The position numbers were made by a program, and so were the translations under genes. The notes below the pieces were generated by a model, which was not told where the DNA came from, searched no databases, and was given only the letters and a program-made list of their open reading frames with translations. Positions 38,693-48,508 of a stretch of DNA of 52,230 bases are shown piece after piece. The stretch lies in contig CAYTXN010000001.1 of NCBI GenBank assembly GCA_964441195.1, forward strand, positions 1-52,230, given 5' to 3'. Position 1 is the first letter of the stretch. Each line of letters opens with the position of its first letter. This DNA is from an uncultured Limnohabitans sp. GTDB lineage: Bacteria > Bacteroidota > Bacteroidia > Cytophagales > Cyclobacteriaceae.

Positions 38693-39699
38693 GACAAGGA
38701 GTAAATCCGTCTAAAACAAGTAACAAGATTATACTTCAATCTTCACATCGGGTGATTCTTTCGGTTTACATTCCCAATTTGGAAGACGAATATTTCAAAC
38801 ATGCTCAAGAAGTTTTCAAACTCTGCCTTGAATCAGTCCTATATACGGTTCATGATAAAACTAGGATATCTATAATTATCAATGGTTGCTGTAAGGAGGT
38901 TGAGCAATTGATCTATTCATATAAGGACGCTAATCCGCTTATTGATCAAGTCTTTTTCACCAGAGAAAATTTGGGGAAAATCAATGCGATCTACTCCATA
39001 GTCAAAAGTAACCTTGAGCCACTGATAACCATTTCGGATTCTGATGTGCTCTTTCTTAAAGGATGGCAAGAGGAGAGTATTAATGTGTTTAAAAATTTTC
39101 CTCAAGCGGGTATGGTTTCTCCTGTCCCGACTAGCAAGGGGTATCTCTATAGTACAGGGACTACTTTATATTACGGATTGTTTAAAGCCAAAATCAAATT
39201 TCGGGATGTTCTAGACCCAGAGGGAATGGATAATTTTCAGAAAAGTGTTGGTTCAAAGTTGTTTGACCCAGTTCATTTAAGAAAATACCTGGTACTTTCA
39301 GTTAATAAAAAAGAAGCGGTAGTCGGTTGTGGGCATTTTGTGGGAACTTTCCGTAAAGAGGTTTTTGAACATAGCCCGACTAATGTATGCGAGTTTAGAG
39401 TTCAGGGCGGCAGTGAAGAGGCCTATTTGGATGAGCCCAACGACCTGGGAGGGTTTCTCCGATTGGCCACATTGGGTAACTTTGCTTATCATATGGGAAA
39501 TACACCTGCCAAGTGGATGCATGATAAACTTGAAGAAATCAAGATTTCGGGAAAAAATACTTCCGAACCTGAAATAATTCCAGTTGCTCATCCTTTCTCT
39601 AATATTGAAGTAAAATTTGGACAGTTTTTATGGGTAAATCTTTTTTACAGGTTGCGAAAGCAATTCTTTTGGACTTTGGGCATGAAAGAGAAATACTAA
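38689..39699 (+). CDS. GT-A fold glycosyltransferase (GT2-like)
   Basis: N.GKINA and ISDSDVLF (DXD motif). Confidence 0.75.
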   Translation: MRQGVNPSKTSNKIILQSSHRVILSVYIPNLEDEYFKHAQEVFKLCLESVLYTVHDKTRISIIINGCCKEVEQLIYSYKDANPLIDQVFFTRENLGKINAIYSIVKSNLEPLITISDSDVLFLKGWQEESINVFKNFPQAGMVSPVPTSKGYLYSTGTTLYYGLFKAKIKFRDVLDPEGMDNFQKSVGSKLFDPVHLRKYLVLSVNKKEAVVGCGHFVGTFRKEVFEHSPTNVCEFRVQGGSEEAYLDEPNDLGGFLRLATLGNFAYHMGNTPAKWMHDKLEEIKISGKNTSEPEIIPVAHPFSNIEVKFGQFLWVNLFYRLRKQFFWTLGMKEKY

Positions 39700-40359
39700 A
39701 TGAGAATTCCAGACAAATTCAGAAGGTTTTTCCAAAAGCTTTACAAAAGCACATATCGTATTGGGAATAATAATCAAATCTCATTCTGGACAACAGGGGT
39801 TCATTTTGTAGATTTTGGAGGAGAAAATGTAATACCAGAACATTGTGCATTTGCCGATAGGACCAAATTAGGATATAGAACTACACTTGGAACCAACAAC
39901 TATTTTGGAGGCAAGGTAAACATTGGGAATTACAGTCAAATAGGTAGAGATGTCGCTTTCCATCCAACCAATCATCCAATTTCCCATTTGACCACTTACA
40001 TCAATAAACAGCTATTTAAAGGTGAGCTCAAAACCTTGAAAACTGAGAGTGTCATCAAGCTTGGTAGTGATGTTTGGGTAGGCCATGGAGTTATTATTTT
40101 AGCAGGAGTAGAAATAGGCCATGGTGCTATTTTGGCTGCAGGTTCGATTGTTACTAAACATGTCGAACCCTACACTATCGTAGCAGGAAATCCCGCCAAA
40201 CCGCTTAGAAAAAGATTTTCAGAAAAAATTATAGCAGAGTTGCTCGAACTGAAATGGTGGGATTTGTCGGAGGATCAAATTCTGAAATTAAAGCCTCTTT
40301 TTTTTCAAAATTTGGAAGAAGTTAACTCTATTCAAGACTATCTGAAAAATTTAAAATGA
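39700..40359 (+). CDS. Hexapeptide-repeat O-acetyltransferase (CatB/Vat-related fold)
   Basis: NHP, LGSDVWVG, GAILAAGSIVTK.V.PY.IVAGNPAK, KWW. Confidence 0.85.
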   Translation: MRIPDKFRRFFQKLYKSTYRIGNNNQISFWTTGVHFVDFGGENVIPEHCAFADRTKLGYRTTLGTNNYFGGKVNIGNYSQIGRDVAFHPTNHPISHLTTYINKQLFKGELKTLKTESVIKLGSDVWVGHGVIILAGVEIGHGAILAAGSIVTKHVEPYTIVAGNPAKPLRKRFSEKIIAELLELKWWDLSEDQILKLKPLFFQNLEEVNSIQDYLKNLK

Positions 40360-41744
40360 GAGTTTGCTTTCTAATCCCTGACGGAGTAGGTATCCGAAAC
40401 TACCTGTATTCTCCCATTTTACCACTGATCCACAAAGGAGGGGCGGAGGTAATTATTTGGCATGCGCTTGATCCTGAGGTAATCCAACAATCAAAAAAAC
40501 TGCATGCAGGAATTCACCCTGAAGAATTTCCATTTTTCAACCATAGAGAAGATCCGATTGCCCAACTTCTGCGAGACAGTGTCAGTTACGCTCGGTTAGC
40601 TTTAAACACCAAAAGACTTAACAATCCTACTATTCTGGATAATTGGCTACCCAAAAAAACGCTTAAAGGGAAAATATCGATCATGATATCGAAAGTTCTT
40701 GGAAAAACAATTAAATCCTTTGATCAAATTGTTGCAGTGGAGGATATTATCAAGTCAAAAAATAGAAGATCAGGGGCATATTTCAAATACAAAAAGGAAC
40801 TGGAAAGCATAAAGCCCGATATTCTTTTCTGTACCCATCAGCGAATGCCAAATGCTGGAATCGCCATGCTAGCTGCACAGGATATGGGGATCAAAACCGT
40901 GGCAGCTATATTTTCATGGGATAATTTACCTAAAGGCAGACTTCCCGTCCGTGCAGATGATTACCTGGTTTGGTCCACTTATATGAAAGGGGAACTTGAA
41001 TTTTATTTTCCAAATATTGACCAAAACAGGGTTCATATAGTAGGTACACCCCAGTTTGATTTTTATAAAAATCAGGAGATTTTTCAGTCCCGAGAGGAAT
41101 TTGCTTCAGAAAATGGACTTGACCCACAAAAATATTGGATCTGTTTTTCAGGAGATGATAGTCTTACTTCTCCACATGACCCAATGTATTTGAGAGATTT
41201 GGCTGAAAACCTGCAGCAACAAGAAAATATTCAAGTTCTATTCCGTCCGGTACCTGTCGAAGGACACCAGAGGTATGTAGATGTGTTGGAACAGTTTCCA
41301 AATATTGTGTTGATGCCTCCAAAATGGAAACATGGAGAGGTTTGGAACACATTCTTTCCCTATTATGAGGACATCGCAATTCTGGTAAATCTTGCTAGGC
41401 ATTGTGCTGCGGTCGTAAACGTAGGTTCCACTATGGCTCTAGATTTTGCCCAGTTTAACAAGCCGGGATTATATGTCAACTATGACATAATGCCATCACA
41501 CCCTTGGTCCATCAAACGAACTTATAAATTCCAGCATTTCAGGACTATGGATGGCTTAAATCCAGTGGGGTGGATAAATTCTCCTCAAGAAATCGAAACC
41601 AAAATCCTTGAAGTGATTGACAATCCATCCAAAGTGGGATCGGATAGAATTAAATGGAAAGAAAAAATTGTGTTTGAAGAAGATGGGATTTTGGCATCTC
41701 AAAGAATCTCTGATTGGTTGTTTCAATTTAAGGCTATTAATTGA
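40356..41744 (+). CDS. Putative GT-B transferase (possible CMP/CDP-activated donor)
   Basis: DGVGIRN, IFSWDNLPK, VGTPQFD, NVGSTMALD motifs; sits among GT genes. Confidence 0.6.
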   Translation: MRVCFLIPDGVGIRNYLYSPILPLIHKGGAEVIIWHALDPEVIQQSKKLHAGIHPEEFPFFNHREDPIAQLLRDSVSYARLALNTKRLNNPTILDNWLPKKTLKGKISIMISKVLGKTIKSFDQIVAVEDIIKSKNRRSGAYFKYKKELESIKPDILFCTHQRMPNAGIAMLAAQDMGIKTVAAIFSWDNLPKGRLPVRADDYLVWSTYMKGELEFYFPNIDQNRVHIVGTPQFDFYKNQEIFQSREEFASENGLDPQKYWICFSGDDSLTSPHDPMYLRDLAENLQQQENIQVLFRPVPVEGHQRYVDVLEQFPNIVLMPPKWKHGEVWNTFFPYYEDIAILVNLARHCAAVVNVGSTMALDFAQFNKPGLYVNYDIMPSHPWSIKRTYKFQHFRTMDGLNPVGWINSPQEIETKILEVIDNPSKVGSDRIKWKEKIVFEEDGILASQRISDWLFQFKAIN

Positions 41745-42889
41745 TGAATATTTGTTTTTTAACACATGAATACCCTAAACCTGGGCTAAATCCGGGAGGG
41801 GTTGGCGTGTTTTTACAAACTTTTCTTCCGGAATTGGTGAAAAATGGTTTGCAAGTGACAGTTTTGGGGGCCAACAACTCTAATACTTATGAAGAAAGCA
41901 ATATTGACGGGGTTAGAATAATCAGAATTCCAAATCCTCGAATTCCAGGGATTAGTTGGTGGTGGATTGCTAAAGGATTAAATAGAAAAATAAAGGAACT
42001 CCACGAAGAAAAAGCCTTCGATATAGTAGAGGGATCAGAACTAGCTTTCGCTTTTTTGGAGAAACCGGAAGGCGTCAAGTTCATAATTAGACTTCACGGA
42101 GGCCACCATTTTTTTGCCGAGGCCGAAAACAGAAGAGTACATTTTTGGAAAGGGCTTCAAGAAAAAAAATCATTCGAAAAAGCCGATGGCTTCATTGCCG
42201 TTTCAGATTACGTTTACCTGCATACTGGAAAACTTTTAAGCTATAACGATAAACCTGTAAAGAAAATCAGGTATGGAATAGATACCCTCAAATTCAATTT
42301 TTCTCCCGATACAACTAATCCAAATCCCCATAGTCTCGTTTTTGTTGGTACCGTATGTGAGAAAAAAGGAGTTGAAAACCTTGTGCTAGCCATTCTGGAG
42401 GTGAAGAAAAAATATCCAAATGTCCAATTGGATATATATGGTAAGGATTGGTACTATCCAAACGGTGATTCTTACAAAGAAATGATCCGGAATAAAATCA
42501 AAAAAAAATTAGGTTCCCAAGTGCGAATCCACCCTCCCGTGCCTCATGAAAAAATTCCGGATATTTACCGAAGTGCAGAGATTTGTATTTTCCCATCATT
42601 TATGGAGACGCAGGGAATAGTTGCGCCAGAGGCGATGTCGATGGGTAAAATCGTTGTTTTTACAGATAGGGGCCCGGGACCTGAAACAATCCAGCATGGA
42701 GTCAATGGTTTTCTATGTAATCCCCTTGAAGTTTCAAGTATCGCATCAGCTATTGATGAGGCCTTTTGTGCTTTTGGACGAAAAAAAGAAATTTCGTACG
42801 CTGCTAGAACTACCGTTCAAGAGAATTTCGGCTTCGATGTTATTATTGATGAAAACATTAGTTTTTACCGTTTAATTGCCAATGGGTAA
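41744..42889 (+). CDS. Glycosyltransferase family 4
   Basis: EYP..GG, RLHG, KKG, PSFMETQGIVAPEAM. Confidence 0.88.
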   Translation: MNICFLTHEYPKPGLNPGGVGVFLQTFLPELVKNGLQVTVLGANNSNTYEESNIDGVRIIRIPNPRIPGISWWWIAKGLNRKIKELHEEKAFDIVEGSELAFAFLEKPEGVKFIIRLHGGHHFFAEAENRRVHFWKGLQEKKSFEKADGFIAVSDYVYLHTGKLLSYNDKPVKKIRYGIDTLKFNFSPDTTNPNPHSLVFVGTVCEKKGVENLVLAILEVKKKYPNVQLDIYGKDWYYPNGDSYKEMIRNKIKKKLGSQVRIHPPVPHEKIPDIYRSAEICIFPSFMETQGIVAPEAMSMGKIVVFTDRGPGPETIQHGVNGFLCNPLEVSSIASAIDEAFCAFGRKKEISYAARTTVQENFGFDVIIDENISFYRLIANG

Positions 42890-44003
42890 TTTTTTGATCA
42901 TAACATGCGTCCATCATTTTTTTCAAGATGGAAAGTACTATGCCTATGGTCCTTACGTCAGGGAAATGAATCTCTGGAATCAAAATAAAGACAAAGTAAC
43001 AGTCCTTGCACCTTTGATTACCACCCAGCTTCCGGGAAAAATAGATTTAGCTTATGATCATCCAAATCTGAAATTTGCATCGGTGCCGGCCTACCACATC
43101 CAATCTTGGTCGGCAAGGTTTAAAGCATTAATTCAAATCCCCTATATTTTGATTAAGATTTTTATAGCGATGGGGAAATCAAACCATATCCACATCAGAA
43201 TTCCAGGTAATATGGGTCTTCTGGCCATGTTTGTTCAAGTCCTTTTTCCGTGGAAATTCAAAACGATAAAATATGCCGGGAATTGGGATCCGGAGTCCAC
43301 TCAGCCTTTGACTTACAAAATTCAAAGATGGATTGCTAATTCGACAAGTTTGACTCATCATGCAAAGGTTTTAGTTTATGGCAACTGGTCTGACAGCACC
43401 ACCAATGTAGTCCCCTTCTTCACTGCAAGTTACAAAAACGAAGAAATTGAACCCTTCACTAAACCTTCTCTCAGGGATAAACTCAGGCTGGTATTTGTAG
43501 GAGCTATCTATGATGGGAAAAATCCAGAAATCGGCATTTATTTGAGTAAAATCCTCTTAGACAAAGCCTTTGATTTTGAATTTATTTATTGTGGAGATGG
43601 GATTATGCGGCAGGAACTTGAGGAACTTTCATCTGGACTAGGTCTTTCGGATCATGTGCTGTTTTTAGGTAATGTCACCGCTGATGAGATAAAAGAGATT
43701 TTGAAGAAATCGCATTTTTTGATTTTTATTTCGAGAACCGAAGGATGGCCAAAGGCAGTAGCTGAAGCGATGTTTTGGGGATGTGTACCTTTTACTTCAG
43801 CTGTGAGCTGTGTGCCTGAAATGGTCGGGAAAAATGGGGAAAGGGGGGTCTTACTACAGAATGATCCTCAGGAAATATTTCGAGCCATGTTACCGATTTT
43901 GGAAGATGAAACTCTTTTCTTTCAGAAAAGCAACGCAGCTATGGATTGGGCTAGGGAGTTTACTTTAGAGAAATTTCAAAGTGAAATTGAGAAATTTGAA
44001 TGA
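42882..44003 (+). CDS. Glycosyltransferase family 4
   Basis: KYAGNW, SRTEGWPKAVAEAMFWG. Confidence 0.85.
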   Translation: MGNFLIITCVHHFFQDGKYYAYGPYVREMNLWNQNKDKVTVLAPLITTQLPGKIDLAYDHPNLKFASVPAYHIQSWSARFKALIQIPYILIKIFIAMGKSNHIHIRIPGNMGLLAMFVQVLFPWKFKTIKYAGNWDPESTQPLTYKIQRWIANSTSLTHHAKVLVYGNWSDSTTNVVPFFTASYKNEEIEPFTKPSLRDKLRLVFVGAIYDGKNPEIGIYLSKILLDKAFDFEFIYCGDGIMRQELEELSSGLGLSDHVLFLGNVTADEIKEILKKSHFLIFISRTEGWPKAVAEAMFWGCVPFTSAVSCVPEMVGKNGERGVLLQNDPQEIFRAMLPILEDETLFFQKSNAAMDWAREFTLEKFQSEIEKFE

Positions 44004-45064
44004 GAGTAATTCAACTCATAGATTCGCTTGATGTTGGGGGAGGAGAAAAAATGGCAGTGAATCTGGCCAATCTTTTTTCTGAAAGAGGGATTCAAAATCT
44101 ACTCATTTCCTCAAGGAAAGGGGGCCCTCTGGAGGAACTTGTTAGAGATAAATCATCTTTGATCATACTTTCCAAAAAGCGCACACTCGATGTCGTTTCC
44201 TTTTTTGGACTATTGAAAAAAATAAGGGCATTTAAACCAACGATTTTGCATGCCCATGATTCTTCAATTTTTTGGGCAGCATTTTTGGGGATTTTTCTTC
44301 CAAATACACTTGTAGTTTGGCACGCCCATTATGGTGGATTTTCTTCAGACAACGGTCGGTTTGGAAAGCAAGTAAAGAACATTCAAAGGTTGATTCATCG
44401 AGTTGTTGTAGTTAATTCGGAGTTGTTGGAATGGATAAAAAAAGAATTGCCCAAGATTCCGCAAAGTAAATTTATTGGTAATTTTCCCGAAAAAATATCA
44501 GAGGAAAAGATAGACCGGAGCAGGTTAAATTGGATAATATCAGTGGCCAACTTGAAAAAGCCGAAGAATCATAAAAGTTTGATATTGGCATTTTCTAAAG
44601 TTGTCGAAAAGCACCCTGAATTTAGACTAGCATTGATCGGAACTACTACTGATTTAGTGTATCTTCAAGAAGTTCTGGATTTGATTCACGCTGAAAAACT
44701 GGAAGAAAAAATCACAATAACGGGTCCAGTCATTTCTTTAAAAGACTGGTTTGACAAGGCTCACTTCGCAGTGCTCTCTTCTGATGTGGAAGGACTACCT
44801 GTTTCAGTCTTAGAACTTGGATTGAGTGGAATTCCTGTATTGTGTTCTGCGGTGGGTGCTTGTCCAGAATTGTTGGAAAATGGTCGTTGTGGCTATTTGT
44901 CTTTTCCGAAAGATGTTAGCTCACTGATCTCTCAAATGAACCAAATAATCGAAAATCCTGAGGAAGTAATTTTGAAATCAGAGCACTTTAAACAAAAAGT
45001 TACTATCGAGTTTGGGGGAAATAATTTTTTTGAGGAGTATAGTGTTCTAATAAACCAAGAATAA
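44000..45064 (+). CDS. Glycosyltransferase family 4
   Basis: GGGEKM, HAH, KNH, SDVEGLPVSVLE. Confidence 0.88.
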   Translation: MRVIQLIDSLDVGGGEKMAVNLANLFSERGIQNLLISSRKGGPLEELVRDKSSLIILSKKRTLDVVSFFGLLKKIRAFKPTILHAHDSSIFWAAFLGIFLPNTLVVWHAHYGGFSSDNGRFGKQVKNIQRLIHRVVVVNSELLEWIKKELPKIPQSKFIGNFPEKISEEKIDRSRLNWIISVANLKKPKNHKSLILAFSKVVEKHPEFRLALIGTTTDLVYLQEVLDLIHAEKLEEKITITGPVISLKDWFDKAHFAVLSSDVEGLPVSVLELGLSGIPVLCSAVGACPELLENGRCGYLSFPKDVSSLISQMNQIIENPEEVILKSEHFKQKVTIEFGGNNFFEEYSVLINQE

Positions 45065-45068
45065 GTAA

Positions 45069-46505
45069 ATGAGCGTATTTCTAGCTGAAATTAAAAAATA
45101 TAAGTACTCCTTTTTTTGGTTTATTGTGCATGCTTTGCTAGGCGTAGCGGCTACTGTGAGTGCTTTCCCTGTGGTAGGATTTTTTTACGTTGCGTTATTA
45201 TATTCTTTTATAAATCTCTTCAATGTAAACAATAAAGATCGTCCTAGACTGATAGCTGAGATCATCATTTACTTTGCCTCATTCGAGGCGTTGGGACGTT
45301 TGGCACAAGCAGACCCATTTTTACCTTATGAATTGGGAAAGTACATATTACTTTTTCTCTGTCCACTGGGACTCTTATTGTCTAAAAATTTTACAGCCAA
45401 GGGGAGTTTGGGATTGATTATTATCATTTTAGCACTTCCTGCCGCCTTTTTTGATGAAAGTGGTATGGTAGTGTTCAATGATGTTAAATTCAATCTTTTG
45501 GGACTGCTGAATATAGGTGCTGCAATTTGGTTTTTTTCTGCAATCACCATCAGTCTTAAAACGCTCATAAGTTGGTCCAAACTAATGCTTTATCCTATCA
45601 TATCTGTCTTAGTCTTTACCATCATTCGAACCCCTGATCTTGATTCAGTAGAATTCGAACTTGGTGCTAATTTTGCTACTGCTGGAGGCTTTGGTTCCAA
45701 CCAAATATCCACCATTCTAGGACTAGGCGTATTTTTACTCGCCTCCTGTATTTTATTGAGTTACAGGATTACGGGTTACAAGTGGATGGATCTAATAGTA
45801 CTTGCTTTATTGACAATTCAAGGATTGTTAACCTTTTCCAGAGGGGGGATGATTGGTGGGTTTTTCGGGATCATAGTATTGATGTACTATCTAACTCGAC
45901 TTTCTGCAAGAGAAAGAAAGAAAATGGCTATCCCAAATTTTAAGAAATATGTGATTCCATTGGGGGTTTTGCTCTTTTTGGTGATGATCGTTGCCAATAC
46001 GATCACAGGAGGGATGCTTTTGCTTAGATACCAAGGTGAAACCCAGGGGACCCTTGCAGGTAGCGCTGATAAGAATCTAAATAAAATCACCACTAACCGT
46101 TCAGATATTTTCATGGAAGACGTGGAGCTTTTCTCTGAATATCCCACCATGGGGGTGGGAGTAGGGGCATCTACTTTTTTGAGAAATGATTATAAAGGGT
46201 ATGCACCGCACGTAGAACTATCGAGATTATTAGCAGAACACGGTATCCTGGGATTAATCATCTTTATACTCTTTTTAATAGTCTTTATCCTAAACAGAAA
46301 TGCCGCTCCTGACTATATAAGCAAAGGATTGTTGGTGGCCTGTTTCTTACTTGGATTTTTGGCCACCTTTCATTCGGCCACAAGAACCTATATCACTCCA
46401 CTACTCATGGGGGTGTCATGCGTTAGTGTTTTCCAAATTTCCAGACCAAAGCCTCAAACCAATCCGGCTAAAGAAAAACTTCCAGAGATTTTGGAGATTC
46501 AGTAA
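45069..46505 (+). CDS. O-antigen ligase/polymerase family (Wzy_C) membrane protein
   Basis: About 12 TM; GGFGSNQ, LTFSRGG, GVGVG, H(VE)..RLLAEHG..G motifs. Confidence 0.8.
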   Translation: MSVFLAEIKKYKYSFFWFIVHALLGVAATVSAFPVVGFFYVALLYSFINLFNVNNKDRPRLIAEIIIYFASFEALGRLAQADPFLPYELGKYILLFLCPLGLLLSKNFTAKGSLGLIIIILALPAAFFDESGMVVFNDVKFNLLGLLNIGAAIWFFSAITISLKTLISWSKLMLYPIISVLVFTIIRTPDLDSVEFELGANFATAGGFGSNQISTILGLGVFLLASCILLSYRITGYKWMDLIVLALLTIQGLLTFSRGGMIGGFFGIIVLMYYLTRLSARERKKMAIPNFKKYVIPLGVLLFLVMIVANTITGGMLLLRYQGETQGTLAGSADKNLNKITTNRSDIFMEDVELFSEYPTMGVGVGASTFLRNDYKGYAPHVELSRLLAEHGILGLIIFILFLIVFILNRNAAPDYISKGLLVACFLLGFLATFHSATRTYITPLLMGVSCVSVFQISRPKPQTNPAKEKLPEILEIQ

Positions 46506-46535
46506 CCGAATGATTCCCAAATAGGACGAATTTTT

Positions 46536-47705
46536 ATGAAAATTTTTGCGTATAACGATTTCATTCTCAAAAGAATGGAAAATTCTATTTACTCCGACGA
46601 CTCCCATATTCTTTTTATTAAAGCGACTTGCCAAAACCATTTCGAATACTTCAAACTAGGCTCAAGAGTAGCTTTGGAGTCAACCAAAGGATTTTATTTT
46701 TTTTCGGATCAGGCTGATCAACTTTTAGAACTGCCCTATTACAGCAGTGTATCAGATTTTCTTAAAAAACCAAGCCTTTTTTGGAAGTCCTACAAACTGT
46801 TTAAGGATGAGCTTCAGAAATTTGACTTGTTTTGGCTTACCTGGCCTCATCCAATCAGTTTTCTGATAATATGGATGTTCGGATCTAAAAAGCCTATTGT
46901 GCTTTTCGTAAGACAAAACTTAGAAGCATTGATAAAAGTTAGATATCAGGGAGTACAAAGAACACTTGGGATAATGTTTACTCGACTTGTCTATCGATAT
47001 GCTTCCTTTTTTCATCCAAATGCTATTTTGGTAACAGTAGGAGAGGAGATGTACCGAAAACTTTCGCCTGATTTTGTCAATTCCACCTTTATAAGTGATT
47101 CGATCGTTCCGGAAGAATTTGCTGAGAAACCCAGAGAAGGCAAACTGTTTGATCATGTAAAACTTTTGTTTGTAGGGAGGCTGGAACCCGAAAAAGGCCT
47201 AGAGGTGTTGATTCAATCTGTGAAACTTATTTCAGTGGAAAAAAACGTCAGCCTCAGTATCATCGGTGATGGAATCTCAAAGTTGGAAGCCTCCAACCTG
47301 GTAAATAATCTTGGATTGGGAAATCAAGTCACTTTTGTAGGCTATGTACCCTTTGGAAAAGACTTATTTGAAGCATACAAAAGTCATGATTTGCTGATGA
47401 TATCTTCCTATAGTGAAGGCCTCCCAAAGATAATTAACGAGGCTAGAGCTTTTGCCCTTCCAGTGGTATCAACTCAAGTTGGTGGCATTGCAAATGAGTT
47501 AAAACATGAAGAAACCTGTCTATTTGTAAAGCCAGGTGAACCAAAACAATTAGCAGAAGCAGCTATTAGGCTAACCTCCGATCCTGAATTGTATTCAAGA
47601 ATAAGTAGAAATCTTAGTAAGGAATTCGAGAAAAATTCGCTTCAATTTTGGAGTAAGACATTTGCCGATTTTTTAAAAAATTCGCTAAATCTTCCAGAAG
47701 CTTGA
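46536..47705 (+). CDS. Glycosyltransferase family 4
   Basis: FVGRLEPEKG, SYSEGLPKIINEA. Confidence 0.88.
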   Translation: MKIFAYNDFILKRMENSIYSDDSHILFIKATCQNHFEYFKLGSRVALESTKGFYFFSDQADQLLELPYYSSVSDFLKKPSLFWKSYKLFKDELQKFDLFWLTWPHPISFLIIWMFGSKKPIVLFVRQNLEALIKVRYQGVQRTLGIMFTRLVYRYASFFHPNAILVTVGEEMYRKLSPDFVNSTFISDSIVPEEFAEKPREGKLFDHVKLLFVGRLEPEKGLEVLIQSVKLISVEKNVSLSIIGDGISKLEASNLVNNLGLGNQVTFVGYVPFGKDLFEAYKSHDLLMISSYSEGLPKIINEARAFALPVVSTQVGGIANELKHEETCLFVKPGEPKQLAEAAIRLTSDPELYSRISRNLSKEFEKNSLQFWSKTFADFLKNSLNLPEA

Positions 47706-48508
47706 TGAATCAAAGCCCCTTGATTTCGATAGTCGTCCCTGTATTCAATACAGAGAAATATGTAGGAATGACCATTGAATCTATTCAAAATCAAACCTAT
47801 ACGAATTGGGAATTAATCTTGGTTGACGATTGCTCCTTGGATAAATCCGTAGCTGTCTGCAAGGCTTTCGCTATTGAAGACCCTAGGATTCATATCATTT
47901 CACTAAGTTCAAATAGTGGCGCACTTGCTGCAAGAAATCGGGGAATCAAAAACGCGAAAGGTAGATTTCTATGTTTTCTTGACTCAGACGATACGTTTGA
48001 GCCCGAAAAATTAAAGATTCAAGTAGAATTTATGTTGGAAGGAGACGTTCCTATTTCCTTCACCATGTTTCAACGAATCAGTGAAGCCGGGGAGTACATG
48101 GGTAAAGGTAATGTTACTTTTCAAAACGAGGTTAACTATAGGCAACTACTTGGTAATCCTGCATTTTCAATAATCACCTTAATGATCGATAGGGATAGAG
48201 TGGAGGTCCCAATTGTGGAGGCTAATCTGGTCAAGGCTGAAGATTACGTATTTCATCTTTGGGTTTTGAAGCAGGGATTTACAGCAAAAGGAATAAATCT
48301 TCCGCTTTCGAATTATAGGTTTAGGCAGGGATCTCAGTCCACTTCATTTTTCGGTAATGCAGCGGATATGTGGAAAGTGCTCACGGAAATCGAGAAAATT
48401 GCAATCCCCAAAGCAAGCTTTTATTTTGGCAGATATCTGATTAAAGGTTTTAGGAAAAGATTGATATTACTTCGACAACTTTCCAGTATAAAAAATTCAT
48501 CTACGTGA
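47705..48508 (+). CDS. Glycosyltransferase family 2 (TuaG-like)
   Basis: ISIVVPVFN, VDDCS, ARN.G, FLDSDD, EDY. Confidence 0.9.
   Translation: MNQSPLISIVVPVFNTEKYVGMTIESIQNQTYTNWELILVDDCSLDKSVAVCKAFAIEDPRIHIISLSSNSGALAARNRGIKNAKGRFLCFLDSDDTFEPEKLKIQVEFMLEGDVPISFTMFQRISEAGEYMGKGNVTFQNEVNYRQLLGNPAFSIITLMIDRDRVEVPIVEANLVKAEDYVFHLWVLKQGFTAKGINLPLSNYRFRQGSQSTSFFGNAADMWKVLTEIEKIAIPKASFYFGRYLIKGFRKRLILLRQLSSIKNSST

Noticed and set aside
39700..40359. Chloramphenicol/streptogramin resistance gene (CatB/Vat)
   Set aside because: The fold is shared with sugar O-acetyltransferases, and the gene is tightly coupled between GT genes with no mobile context.
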